DNA from: Bacillota bacterium
GTDB lineage: Bacteria; Bacillota; Dethiobacteria; DTU022
Assembly: GCA_012840855.1 (NCBI GenBank)
Contig: DUVX01000096.1
Location: 41-64,040, forward strand
Length of the DNA: 64,000 nt
Reading direction: 5' to 3'
Both the position numbers and the translations under genes were made by a program. Under the pieces are notes generated by a model. That model was given only the letters and a program-made list of their open reading frames with translations. It was not told where the DNA came from and searched no databases. Shown here piece by piece: positions 51,170 through 60,733 of this stretch (position 1 is its first letter; each line of letters starts with the position of its first letter).

Positions 51170-52035
51170 ACCTGAGCCGGGCCAAGACGATTCTGATCTT
51201 CGCTTTTTTGGGGCTCAATCTATTTCTCTGCTTCTATCTCTTTGGGAATGCTCTCAGTGAGCCGCTGCGGATGCGTGTTTCACGCAAGCAATGGCGCGAA
51301 ATCGAAGAGCAGCTGGAGCGAAACGGATATACCCTGGCTGCGCAGGTCGATCGCAGCGCCAGAAAAAGCGCTTTCTTGACGGTATCCCCTTCAAAGGCAC
51401 CGGAGAAAGCGATCCGGGAACGCTTTGCCCTGTCGCCAACCCCTTTAACCGATTCCGCAGGTGCACTTCTATTCGAGGGGCGGCAGGCAAAGTTGAAGGT
51501 CTTCCCGGGGGGGCTGTTGCGGCTGGAGTTCGCGCCGGGGATAGCGCTTATGGAGGAAACAGCTGCCGATGAGGAAGCGGCGCCTGCCCCTTTTGTCGAG
51601 AATTTCCTTCGTGAAAAGGGCCTGGCGCCGGATGAGTTCTATTATGACCATGCTACCACTATTGACGGGAAGACCGTCCTCCATTACCTGCAGAGCTGCG
51701 AGGGCGCACCTCTTTTTAGCGGTTATCTTAAAGCGATTATGGAAAATAATACTCTTACAGCCCTGGAGCTGAGCCTGCTGGAGCCCAAAAAACCCCTTCA
51801 GGGTCAGGGGATGGAGGTGATCTCCTCCGCCAGGGCGCTGTTAAGGCTGATTGAAATCCGCGGAGCCAGTTCGCCGCCGCGCCAAATTGTCAAAGCCGAT
51901 CTTGGATTTTACAGCCGCTCCTACGATGCTGATGAATGGGAGATGCCGCCGGTGTGGCGCTTTCTTTTCGACAGCGGCGAGAGTATCTTTATCAACGCTT
52001 TTACCGGCAATTTGGAGCCGGAAACTTCTAACTGA
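51166..52035 (+). CDS. yycI: WalK regulatory protein YycI-like
   Basis: N-terminal TM (AKTILIFAFLGLNLFLCFYLF). About 290 aa. Overlaps the yycH stop (ATGA). Confidence 0.6.
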   Translation: MNLSRAKTILIFAFLGLNLFLCFYLFGNALSEPLRMRVSRKQWREIEEQLERNGYTLAAQVDRSARKSAFLTVSPSKAPEKAIRERFALSPTPLTDSAGALLFEGRQAKLKVFPGGLLRLEFAPGIALMEETAADEEAAPAPFVENFLREKGLAPDEFYYDHATTIDGKTVLHYLQSCEGAPLFSGYLKAIMENNTLTALELSLLEPKKPLQGQGMEVISSARALLRLIEIRGASSPPRQIVKADLGFYSRSYDADEWEMPPVWRFLFDSGESIFINAFTGNLEPETSN

Positions 52036-53339
52036 TGGGAGTAGATGAAGTGCAAAGAATAGCGCTGTATGGAGGGAACAGGCTGAGAGGCAGGGTCAGG
52101 ATCAGCGGGTCCAAAAATGCGGCCTTGGCGATCCTGCCGGCCGTGCTCCTGGCTTCCAAAAAGGTCTCCTTAAACAATGTTCCTGATATTACCGACGTGC
52201 GCACAATGCTGCGAATCATTGAGGATCTGGGGGCAACGATCCGCCGCCGGGGGCGTAATTCGCTGGATTTTTACCCTTCCAGGTTGCGGGGCTACGCCCC
52301 CCCCTACGATCTGGTGCAAAAAATCAGGGCCTCTTCCTATCTTATGGGCAGCCTGCTGGCCCGCTTCGGCAGGGCCACCGTCCCTGTGCCCGGGGGTTGC
52401 GATCTGGGGCCCCGCCCCATCGACCAGCACCTCAAGGGCTTCACCGCCCTGGGGGTGGACTGCCTCATCGAGCATGGCCTGATCAAGCTGACGGCCGACA
52501 AACTCAGCGGGGCGCATATCTACTTTGATGTGGTCAGCGTTGGCGCTACGGTTAACCTCATGCTGGCGGCGGCGGCGGCGGAGGGGCGGACGGTGCTGGA
52601 AAACGTAGCAAAGGAGCCGGAGATAGTCGATCTGGCCAATTTTTTAAATGCCATCGGCGCCGTGGTAAAAGGGGCGGGGACCGATGTGATCAAAATTGAC
52701 GGGGTGGAGGAGTTCGGCGGCGCCGAGCATACTATTATCCCCGACCGCATCGAGGCGGGCACTTTCATGCTTGCCGCCGCCGCGACCGGCGGGGATCTGC
52801 TCATGGGGGAGGTTATTCCGAAGCACCTGGAGGCGGTGACAGCGAAGCTGCGGGAGATGGATGTAAAAGTGGAAGTAGGTCCCGATCAGATCAGAGTCTT
52901 CCGGAGCGGGCCGCTGGCCCCCTCGGATCTTAAAACATTTCCCTACCCCGGCTTCCCTACCGATCTGCAACCGCTGGGCATGGTCCTTCTCACAGCGGCG
53001 GAGGGTACCAGTGTTGTCACTGAGAACGTTTTTGACGGCCGTTTTCGCCATGTTGATGAACTGGAGAAAATGGGAGCGAGGATCAAGGTCGAGGGGCGCA
53101 CCGCGGTTATCGACGGAGGTGTGCCTCTTTCCGGGGCACCGGTTTCGGCGACGGATCTGAGAGCGGGCGCGGCGCTGCTGGTGGCGGGGATGATTGCGGA
53201 GGGAGAGACGGTGCTCAGCGAAGCGGAGCATATCTACCGCGGTTACGAGAATATAGAGGAGAAGCTAAAGTCCCTGGGTGCGCAGATCAGATGCCACCGA
53301 GCCGGGCGATCCTCCGGTGCGGCGGACGATCAGGGCTAA
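52035..53339 (+). CDS. murA: UDP-N-acetylglucosamine 1-carboxyvinyltransferase
   Basis: 434 aa. GGNRLRGRVRISGSKNAAL. Active-site Cys region (GGCDLGPRPID). Confidence 0.9.
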   Translation: MGVDEVQRIALYGGNRLRGRVRISGSKNAALAILPAVLLASKKVSLNNVPDITDVRTMLRIIEDLGATIRRRGRNSLDFYPSRLRGYAPPYDLVQKIRASSYLMGSLLARFGRATVPVPGGCDLGPRPIDQHLKGFTALGVDCLIEHGLIKLTADKLSGAHIYFDVVSVGATVNLMLAAAAAEGRTVLENVAKEPEIVDLANFLNAIGAVVKGAGTDVIKIDGVEEFGGAEHTIIPDRIEAGTFMLAAAATGGDLLMGEVIPKHLEAVTAKLREMDVKVEVGPDQIRVFRSGPLAPSDLKTFPYPGFPTDLQPLGMVLLTAAEGTSVVTENVFDGRFRHVDELEKMGARIKVEGRTAVIDGGVPLSGAPVSATDLRAGAALLVAGMIAEGETVLSEAEHIYRGYENIEEKLKSLGAQIRCHRAGRSSGAADDQG

Positions 53340-53341
53340 AG

Positions 53342-53962
53342 ATGGAGTTCTGGCTCGTGCGCCACAGCAGGACGGCAGCAAATGTGGCAGGACGTTTTCA
53401 GGGGCGTCAGGATATCCCTCTCAATGAGGAGGGGCGTTTTGAGGCGGCGCTGCTGGCCCGTCGCCTGGAGGGGGCTGCTCAATTCACCCTTTTCCTGAGC
53501 AGCGATCTGCAGCGGGCCTGGGAGACTGCGCTGATTATTTCCCGGGCAATCAATCTGCTCCCCCTGCGGGAACCGCTTCTGCGAGAGCGTTCCTGGGGCT
53601 TCGCCGAGGGGCTCCGGCGCTGCGAGATTGCTGCAGCTTACCCCGGCCTCCTCTGCCCGGTAAGCGGCAGGCTGAAGGCGCTGCGCTGCGAAGGGGAGGG
53701 GGCGCGCCGGCTTCTGGCCCGAACGGGGGCGCTACGGCGGAAGCTCCGCCGCCGCCATGGAAGCCCGCGCCGGGTTCTTCTGGTGAGCCACGGCGGTTTG
53801 ATCAACGCCTTTATCTCCGGTGCTCTGGGGCTGTCGGGGAGGCAGAGATGGCCCTATGCCCCCGCTCCCGCCTCCCTGTCGATCCTCCGCCACGATCCGC
53901 TCCGCCAGCGCAGCCGCCTGCTCCTGTTTGACGACACCAGCCATCTTAATATAAAAAATTGA
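53342..53962 (+). CDS. Histidine phosphatase family protein (phosphoglycerate mutase-like)
   Basis: MEFWLVRHSRTAANVAGRFQG (RHG-type motif as RHS). Catalytic His in LVSHGGLI. Confidence 0.7.
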   Translation: MEFWLVRHSRTAANVAGRFQGRQDIPLNEEGRFEAALLARRLEGAAQFTLFLSSDLQRAWETALIISRAINLLPLREPLLRERSWGFAEGLRRCEIAAAYPGLLCPVSGRLKALRCEGEGARRLLARTGALRRKLRRRHGSPRRVLLVSHGGLINAFISGALGLSGRQRWPYAPAPASLSILRHDPLRQRSRLLLFDDTSHLNIKN

Positions 53963-54016
53963 TCCTTTACTGAGTCGATCCTTTTGAGTAAACTAAAAAG
54001 AAAAGGGGGCTGCGCC

Positions 54017-55153
54017 ATGGATTATGAAGACGGATATCGCTCAGCATCTCCTCATCGCCGCACGGCCCCGGCCTGGACGCTTTTCGTGGCCGGCCTGGGC
54101 GGGGTTCTCATCGGCGCCCTGCTTGTCTATCTCGTGCTCGTTGGAGGGGAACGCCTGCCCGGCGGGGACGATCCCCTGAAGGTGCCGCCGCCGGCCGGGG
54201 AGGAAGAGCCGTCACCGCCCCCGCCTCATGAGGACGATCTTGCAGTTGTCGATGTTGTCGACCGGGTTATGCCGGCGGTGGTGGCGGTCAATTGCTATGT
54301 CCCTGGCTCCTATTTTGGCCGAAACGTCTACGTGGAGAAGGGCAGCGGCTCGGGAGCAATTATCTCGAAGGATGGTTATATCGTTACAAATCAGCATGTC
54401 ATCGACGGTGCTGCCCAGATCGTGGTGGTCACCTCAGACTGGCGAAGTTTTGAGGCCGCCGTGGTAGGAGAGGACGCGCTGACCGACCTGGCCCTGCTGA
54501 AAATCGAGGGGGACGATCTCCCATCTGTTCCCCTGGGCAATTCGAGCTCGCTGCGAGTTGGAGAGACTGTCCTGGCGGCCGGCAATCCCCTGGGCTACCT
54601 TAAGCATACTGTCACCCGCGGGATCATCAGCGCCCTGGATCGCGAAGTGAGGGCTTCGCAGAGCCAGTATGCCTATACCTATATTCAGACTGATGCGGGG
54701 ATCAATCCCGGCAACAGCGGGGGGCCTCTGATCAACCTGGGCGGTGAGGTAATCGGGATCAATTCTGCCAAGATCAGCGGTGCCGAGGGGATCGGCCTGG
54801 CTATCCCTATCGATACAGTGAAACGGGTTGCGGATGATCTGAAAAAGGACGGACGGGTCCGCCGCCCCCAACTGGGCATCCTCATCCAGAATCTTTCCGC
54901 CTATACCGGGGATTCTGCAGACCAGGGGGTCCATATCGGCGAAGTTAACCCGGGCAGCCCCGCAGCGGCGGCCGGACTCAAGGCAGGCGATGTAATCACA
55001 GCGGTAGCCCGGAAAGAGGTGCGCTACAGTGCGCAGCTTTTCGATGCTCTACTCGGTTATTATCCTGGTGACGAGATCGAGCTGACCATTTTACGGAACA
55101 GTCGCAGCCGCACCGTCACCGTCGTCACCGGCGAAGCAGAAGCCGAGCAGTAA
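54017..55153 (+). CDS. HtrA/DegP-family serine protease with PDZ domain (membrane-anchored, YycK/HtrC-like position)
   Basis: Catalytic triad regions TNQHV, DLALLK and GNSGGPL. C-terminal PDZ. N-terminal TM. Confidence 0.85.
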   Translation: MDYEDGYRSASPHRRTAPAWTLFVAGLGGVLIGALLVYLVLVGGERLPGGDDPLKVPPPAGEEEPSPPPPHEDDLAVVDVVDRVMPAVVAVNCYVPGSYFGRNVYVEKGSGSGAIISKDGYIVTNQHVIDGAAQIVVVTSDWRSFEAAVVGEDALTDLALLKIEGDDLPSVPLGNSSSLRVGETVLAAGNPLGYLKHTVTRGIISALDREVRASQSQYAYTYIQTDAGINPGNSGGPLINLGGEVIGINSAKISGAEGIGLAIPIDTVKRVADDLKKDGRVRRPQLGILIQNLSAYTGDSADQGVHIGEVNPGSPAAAAGLKAGDVITAVARKEVRYSAQLFDALLGYYPGDEIELTILRNSRSRTVTVVTGEAEAEQ

Positions 55154-55183
55154 CCGCAGGGTGACGATGGGGAGAAGATCGAT

Positions 55184-56116
55184 TTGCATGTAGTTTTCGT
55201 ATTTATTGATGGACTGGGCCTGGGGCGGCTCTCCGATGATAATCCTCTCGTCTTCGCGGAAACCCCTTTTCTGACCTCTTTGTTCCAGGGGAATCCGCTT
55301 ACCGTAAAGATGAAGGATTTTCATGATCATCGCGCAAGCCTCAGCGCTCTCGACGCCCGGCTCGGGGTCCCCGGGTTGCCGCAGAGCGCCACGGGCCAGG
55401 CATCGCTATTTACCGGCGTAAATGCACCCCGCCGCCTGGGATATCACCTTAACGGTTTTCCGAACCGGGTGCTCCGCAATCTTCTGGCTGAGGAGGGGAT
55501 TTTTGCCGCGCTGCGAGAAGAGGGATACCGCTGCACTTTTGCCAACGCTTACCGGCCCTCTTTCTTTGAAAAACTAAAGCAGGGTCTCCCCGGGCGCCGC
55601 TACTCCTGCTCAACTCTGCTTACCTATTATGGTGAAGTACCCTTTTACGGCATCGACGAGTTAAAGGGGGGCAGCGCCCTCTACATGGATCTGACTAACA
55701 AGTTATTGAACAAGATGGGTTATGCCGTTCCGGAGATCACTCCCGAGGAAGCAGGCAAAAGATTGATCGATATTGGGACCCGCCACGATCTGACCCTCTT
55801 TGAATATTTTATCACCGATTACGCCGGGCACCGGGCCGATCGGGGAGAAGCCGGCCGGGTGATCAATGAGCTTGATCGCTTTCTCGGCGCTGCGGCGGAT
55901 CATCTGAAACCGGAAGAGATGCTGCTGATCATCACCAGCGATCACGGCAATATCGAAGATCTTTCCCACAGCAGGCATACCTTTAATCCCGTTCCGGCGC
56001 TGATGATCGGGGCGGCGGAGCTGCGGTGCAGGATCGCCCCGCAATTGCGCAAACTTACCGATATCAGGGCGGCCCTGCGGGTGGCGCTGGCGGAGAAAAT
56101 CGATGGGGGAGGGTGA
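55184..56116 (+). CDS. Metalloenzyme/alkaline-phosphatase superfamily protein (iPGM/phosphopentomutase-like core)
   Basis: 310 aa. N-terminal VFVFIDGLG metal-binding motif and C-terminal ITSDHGN. TTG start with a GGGGAGAAG RBS. Confidence 0.45.
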   Translation: MHVVFVFIDGLGLGRLSDDNPLVFAETPFLTSLFQGNPLTVKMKDFHDHRASLSALDARLGVPGLPQSATGQASLFTGVNAPRRLGYHLNGFPNRVLRNLLAEEGIFAALREEGYRCTFANAYRPSFFEKLKQGLPGRRYSCSTLLTYYGEVPFYGIDELKGGSALYMDLTNKLLNKMGYAVPEITPEEAGKRLIDIGTRHDLTLFEYFITDYAGHRADRGEAGRVINELDRFLGAAADHLKPEEMLLIITSDHGNIEDLSHSRHTFNPVPALMIGAAELRCRIAPQLRKLTDIRAALRVALAEKIDGGG

Positions 56117-56119
56117 CAG

Positions 56120-56731
56120 ATGCAGATAGAGACGCTGGTGGTGAGCATCTTTGCGACGAACTGTTACCTCGTCGGGTGCCCGGAGACGGGTGAGGGGATC
56201 GTGGTCGATCCCGGAGCCGGGGGGAGGCGGATCCTGGAGGCCATCGAGAAGAGCAGGTTGAATATAAGGGCCATCGTTAACACGCATGGTCATATCGATC
56301 ATACCGGGGCCAACGGCAGGCTGAAGCAGGCGCTGCAGGTGCCGCTCCTCCTGCCGGAAAAGGAGCTGGCGAGCTATCAGAACCCCGGCTTCGGGTTGAA
56401 GCTTATCTTCGGGAAGCCCACCCCGCCCGACGGCCTGCTTCGGGAGGGAGAGCAGCTCTCCTTCGGGGAGCGCCGGCTGGAGGTTCTCGAAACCCCCGGC
56501 CATACCGGTGGCTCCATCTCCCTTTACGGCCACGATGCCGTCTTTACCGGCGACGCTCTTTTTGCCGGTTCCATCGGCCGGACCGACTTGGCCGGAGGTT
56601 CCCACGATCTTCTGCTGCACTCCATCAGGGAGAAGCTGCTGGTTCTACCGCCCCATACTGCGGTCTACCCCGGTCACGGGCCGGCCACGACCATCGGCGC
56701 GGAGGCGCTGGGCAATCCCTTTCTGCGATAG
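56120..56731 (+). CDS. MBL-fold metallo-hydrolase (small GloB-like)
   Basis: 203 aa. HxHxDH as NTHGHIDHTG, and a later GHT. Confidence 0.75.
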   Translation: MQIETLVVSIFATNCYLVGCPETGEGIVVDPGAGGRRILEAIEKSRLNIRAIVNTHGHIDHTGANGRLKQALQVPLLLPEKELASYQNPGFGLKLIFGKPTPPDGLLREGEQLSFGERRLEVLETPGHTGGSISLYGHDAVFTGDALFAGSIGRTDLAGGSHDLLLHSIREKLLVLPPHTAVYPGHGPATTIGAEALGNPFLR

Positions 56732-56782
56732 CAGGTATTTCATGGTAATGCGGCCGATTCAAACCGGCCGGCCGGCAGGGCA

Positions 56783-58783
56783 TCACCGCCGGCGGCCGGC
56801 GGGTTGTTTCAGCTGGGGAAGCCAGGGGTAGAGCGGCGCAGGGCTGCAGCGAGTGCATTCCCCGGGCCCGGTGCCGCAGAGGAAAAGCTCCTCCCGAGCC
56901 GGCTCCGGGCAGCCGGGTCCGCAGCGCAACCCCGATTCAGGGCAGATGGGGTAGCGGACGATCCCTTCAGGTAGATCAAAGTCGAGAGGGTCGCTATCCT
57001 GTAGCGCCCGCTCCATGAACCAGGCCCACAGAGGCGCGGCCAGTCCGCCGCCGGATGAATCGAGCGGTATTTCGCAATCATCGCCCACATAGACGCCGCT
57101 CACGAGCTGCGGCGTGTAGCCGATCATATGCGCACTTTTATTATCCTGGGATGTCCCCGATTTTCCCGCAGCGGGACGGTTCAGGATGGCGCCTGCGGCG
57201 GCGGCGGTGCCTTCCCCGGTGAGCACGTCTTTGAGCATATCGGTGACGAGGTAGGCGATGGCGGGGTCGAGCACCGGCTCTTTCTGCGGCTCTCTTTCCA
57301 GCAGAACCCTCCCCCGGGCATCAGTTACCTTTCGGATCAGCAGCGGCTTCACACGATAGCCTCCATTGGCAAAGGAGGCAAAAGCCGCGGTGAGCTCGAG
57401 CAGGGAGACCTCGCCTGTACCTAGGGGCAGGGAGAGATAGGGCTCCAGGGGGGCGGTCACGCCCAGGCGCTTTGCCATCGCCACCGCTTTTTCCCTGCCG
57501 ATAGCATCATGTAACTTGATGGCGGTAATATTGCATGATTTTGCCAGAGCCTCGCGCAGGGTCAGCTCCCGGTTGTGAAAACCGCCGCCATAGTCTGTGG
57601 GGGCATAGGGCTCGGAGAGCCCCGCTTCAGTGAAGGTGACCGCTTCACAGAGTATCCGATCGCCGGCGGTAAAACCCTCCTCCAGAGCCGCCGCGTAGAC
57701 AAAGGGTTTGAAAGATGAACCCGGCGAGCGCGGTACGAGGGCGCGATTGAGATTGCTCTCTTCAAAATCGCGTCCCCCCACCAACGCTTTCACGTAGCCT
57801 GTGGCCGGGTCCAGGGCCACGAGCGCGCCCTGGGGCTGCCGGACACCGCTTTCGTCGCGCCGCTCCTCGGGGATGCCGGCGATGAGCTCCTCAGCCAGCT
57901 CCTGCAGCTCCCGATCCAGAGTCGTATATATCCTGAGCCCCTCCCGGTAGAGCGGGCTCAGATCTCCGTCGAAAAAATCGGCCATTTCGTTTTGAATGAG
58001 GTAGTCGATAAAATAGGAGGCGCTTTCGCCGGCATGCAGCTCACGGAAGGAGAGCTCCTCCTGCAGGGCCGCCCTTTTCTCTCCCTCGCTGATAAATCCG
58101 GTGGAGACCATCTGGCTGAGGACACTCTCGCGGCGCTGCTCCGCCGCTTCCGGGTTATGCTGCGGGGAGTAATAGGAGGGGCCCTTGGGCAGGCCGGCGA
58201 GGAGAGCCGCTTCTCCCAGGCTCAGCTCCGCCGCATTTTTCCCAAAATAGCTCCGCGCGGCCGCCTCCACCCCATAAGCGAAATGACCGTAATAGATCGT
58301 GTTGAGGTACATTTCCAAGATCTCATCTTTGTTGTAGCGTCGCTCCAGATGAATGGCATAGAGCGCTTCTTTAAGCTTGCGCTCCAGGGTGCGTTCATGG
58401 GAAAGATAAAGGTTTTTCGCGAGCTGCTGGGTAATGGTGCTGCCTCCCTGCGCAGTCTGGCCCTTCCGGAGATTGTTCAGCAGAGCCCGAAAAAGGGCGG
58501 CGGGATCAAAGCCGGGGTGGTGGTAAAAACGGCGATCCTCCACTGCCAGGGTGGCCTTGATGAGATGATCAGGGATCTGCTCCAGGGTGACGGGGATCCT
58601 GTTTTCCTGATAACGGAGAGCGAGGATCTCATCGCCGCAGTCAAATATCTGCGCAGTCAAGGGCGGAGAGGGCTCCGGAAGCCGGTCCATCTCCCCCACA
58701 GTGTAGAGCAGGTAGCCGAAGCTGGCGGATAGGCTCAGTAATAGGGCGATCAGGATGATTAAAAACCCGCGAAATAAGTTCAA
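56783..58783 (-). CDS. Class A penicillin-binding protein (glycosyltransferase GT51 plus transpeptidase) with a Cys-rich C-terminal tail
   Basis: 666 aa. N-terminal TM. GT motifs EDRRFYHHPG and GGSTITQQLAKN. TP motifs SSFKP, SCN and KSGT. The last 50 aa contain 7 Cys. Confidence 0.9.
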   Translation of the reverse strand: MNLFRGFLIILIALLLSLSASFGYLLYTVGEMDRLPEPSPPLTAQIFDCGDEILALRYQENRIPVTLEQIPDHLIKATLAVEDRRFYHHPGFDPAALFRALLNNLRKGQTAQGGSTITQQLAKNLYLSHERTLERKLKEALYAIHLERRYNKDEILEMYLNTIYYGHFAYGVEAAARSYFGKNAAELSLGEAALLAGLPKGPSYYSPQHNPEAAEQRRESVLSQMVSTGFISEGEKRAALQEELSFRELHAGESASYFIDYLIQNEMADFFDGDLSPLYREGLRIYTTLDRELQELAEELIAGIPEERRDESGVRQPQGALVALDPATGYVKALVGGRDFEESNLNRALVPRSPGSSFKPFVYAAALEEGFTAGDRILCEAVTFTEAGLSEPYAPTDYGGGFHNRELTLREALAKSCNITAIKLHDAIGREKAVAMAKRLGVTAPLEPYLSLPLGTGEVSLLELTAAFASFANGGYRVKPLLIRKVTDARGRVLLEREPQKEPVLDPAIAYLVTDMLKDVLTGEGTAAAAGAILNRPAAGKSGTSQDNKSAHMIGYTPQLVSGVYVGDDCEIPLDSSGGGLAAPLWAWFMERALQDSDPLDFDLPEGIVRYPICPESGLRCGPGCPEPAREELFLCGTGPGECTRCSPAPLYPWLPQLKQPAGRRR

Positions 58784-59331
58784 AGAGACTCTCCCCCCAC
58801 CGGATCTGTCAGTATATTGAATAGATAGTATGATCCTAGAGGGTGAAATTCATAACTATAAAAGAGATTTTATTAGAAAAGCAGGAAATAGAGGAACAGT
58901 AGCGAATAGCTTACAGCATAAGGTAGCAGGTCGCCCGGCGGGTCCGCCCGAGCTCACCGGGAGCCCGGAATAAATTATCCTCAAAAAGATCATAATTTTT
59001 CATAAGAAAGGTTTTGAAAGTCCCCCGAAAAAAGGCGCGCCCATTCTTTTGTTAATAGAGGCTCAGTATCTCCCTGTAAGGATATATCAGACTGGCCTGC
59101 GGTGTTTGTGCGAAGATGCTCACATGCGCTGCGCCACGCCGGGTTGGAGAACCCGGGCAGGGATACTGCGAGAACCGGCCAGGAGTATTTTGTCCGGCCA
59201 TTTACCCCGGTTGTCTGCTGATCCCCATACACATTTTAACCAAGCATAAGCACAGACGGGCGGCTTTCCCCGGAGGCGAATTGATCTGAGAGAACGTATC
59301 ATATAAATGAAGTAAGGGTGGTGTTTTTAAA

Positions 59332-60618
59332 TTGGATCCAAGTCAACTACAATCGGCGACGTTGAGTGAACTTCGCCGCCTGGCCAGGGAAAAAGCGCTG
59401 CGGGGCCATTCCACCATGCGCAAGCAGGAGCTGGTCGACGCTTTGACCCGGTTGCTCACCTCCGCGGAGACCGTTGCCGAGGATAATGGGGAAGATGAAG
59501 CGGAAAAGAAGCTGGACAGCGCTTCCGGCCTCCTGGAGATCATGAATGATGGGTTTGGGTTTTTGCGCCGTTATCGTTATCGCTATTCCGACGACGATAT
59601 CTATATCTCCGCCTCGCAGATTCGACGCTTTAATCTGCGCACGGGAGATATCATCTCCGGCCGGATCAGGCCGCCGAAAGATAATGAGCGGTATTATGCG
59701 CTGCTGCAGGTGGAATCGATCAATGGGGATAAGCCGGAAAGCTTTGCGCGGCGGCCCACCTTCACCTCGCTGGTGCCGGTCCATCCCCGTGTAGCGATGC
59801 GCATGGAGACGGAACCCCATATTCTTGCAACCAGGATTATCGATCTTCTGATCCCCATCGGCAAAGGGCAGCGGGGGCTGATTGTCTCTCCCCCTAAGGC
59901 AGGAAAGACCATTCTTTTAAAACAGATTGCCAACAGTATCTCCACGAACCATCCCGAGGTAACCCTGATCATCCTGCTGGTCGATGAACGGCCCGAAGAG
60001 GTTACCGATATGGAGCGCAGCGTCAAGGCCGATGTGGCCAGCTCTACTTTTGACCAGCGGCCGGAGAACCATATCCGGATCTCCGAGCTGGTTCTGGAGA
60101 GGGCCCAACGCCTCGTAGAGCGGGGGCACGATGTGGCCATCCTTCTGGACAGCATTACCCGCCTGGCCCGAGCCTACAACCTGGTCATCCCCCCCAGCGG
60201 GCGGACCCTTTCCGGGGGGATCGATCCGGCGGCCTTCTACAAGCCCAAACGCTTTTTCGGAGCGGCCCGCAATATTGACGGCGGCGGCAGCCTTACGATC
60301 ATCGCCACCGCTCTAATCGATACCGGCAGCCGCATGGACGATGTGATCTATGAAGAATTCAAGGGGACGGGTAATATGGAGCTGCATCTGGACCGCAAGA
60401 TCTCCGAGCGCCGTATCTTCCCGGCCATCGATATATCCCGTTCGGGGACGCGCCGCGAGGAGCTTCTTCTCGATGAACACAAGATCGAGCTCATGTGGGC
60501 CCTGCGGCGGGCGATGGGAAATACCCAGAACGTTGAATTCCTGGAGATGCTCTTCGACCGGCTAAAGAAAACAAAAAACAACGAGGACTTTCTCAACAAC
60601 ATGTATACTTTTTCATAA
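59332..60618 (+). CDS. rho: Transcription termination factor Rho
   Basis: 428 aa. N-terminal domain, RNA-binding OB fold, and RecA-like ATPase ([10 protein letters not shown]). TTG start with an AAGGGTGGTG RBS. Confidence 0.95.
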   Translation: MDPSQLQSATLSELRRLAREKALRGHSTMRKQELVDALTRLLTSAETVAEDNGEDEAEKKLDSASGLLEIMNDGFGFLRRYRYRYSDDDIYISASQIRRFNLRTGDIISGRIRPPKDNERYYALLQVESINGDKPESFARRPTFTSLVPVHPRVAMRMETEPHILATRIIDLLIPIGKGQRGLIVSPPKAGKTILLKQIANSISTNHPEVTLIILLVDERPEEVTDMERSVKADVASSTFDQRPENHIRISELVLERAQRLVERGHDVAILLDSITRLARAYNLVIPPSGRTLSGGIDPAAFYKPKRFFGAARNIDGGGSLTIIATALIDTGSRMDDVIYEEFKGTGNMELHLDRKISERRIFPAIDISRSGTRREELLLDEHKIELMWALRRAMGNTQNVEFLEMLFDRLKKTKNNEDFLNNMYTFS

Positions 60619-60733
60619 AATCTTTGCGCAAGCCCCGGGAAAGTAAAGCTTCCCCGGGCCACCTCACCTGCCCCCGAGGGTGTAAAATGAATAAATATGC
60701 TTCTCGAACAGCAAAATATGGAACAAAGTTGCT

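Noticed and set aside
55703-56620. 305-aa minus-strand ORF antisense to the metalloenzyme and MBL genes
   Set aside because: Shadow ORF spanning two sense genes.
58990-59232. 80-aa minus-strand ORF, plus the 59049..59249 (+) and 59120..59302 (-) ORFs in the PBP/rho intergenic region
   Set aside because: No Shine-Dalgarno sequence, no recognisable motifs, and the three frames overlap one another. More likely non-coding leader or promoter DNA, and flagged as such.
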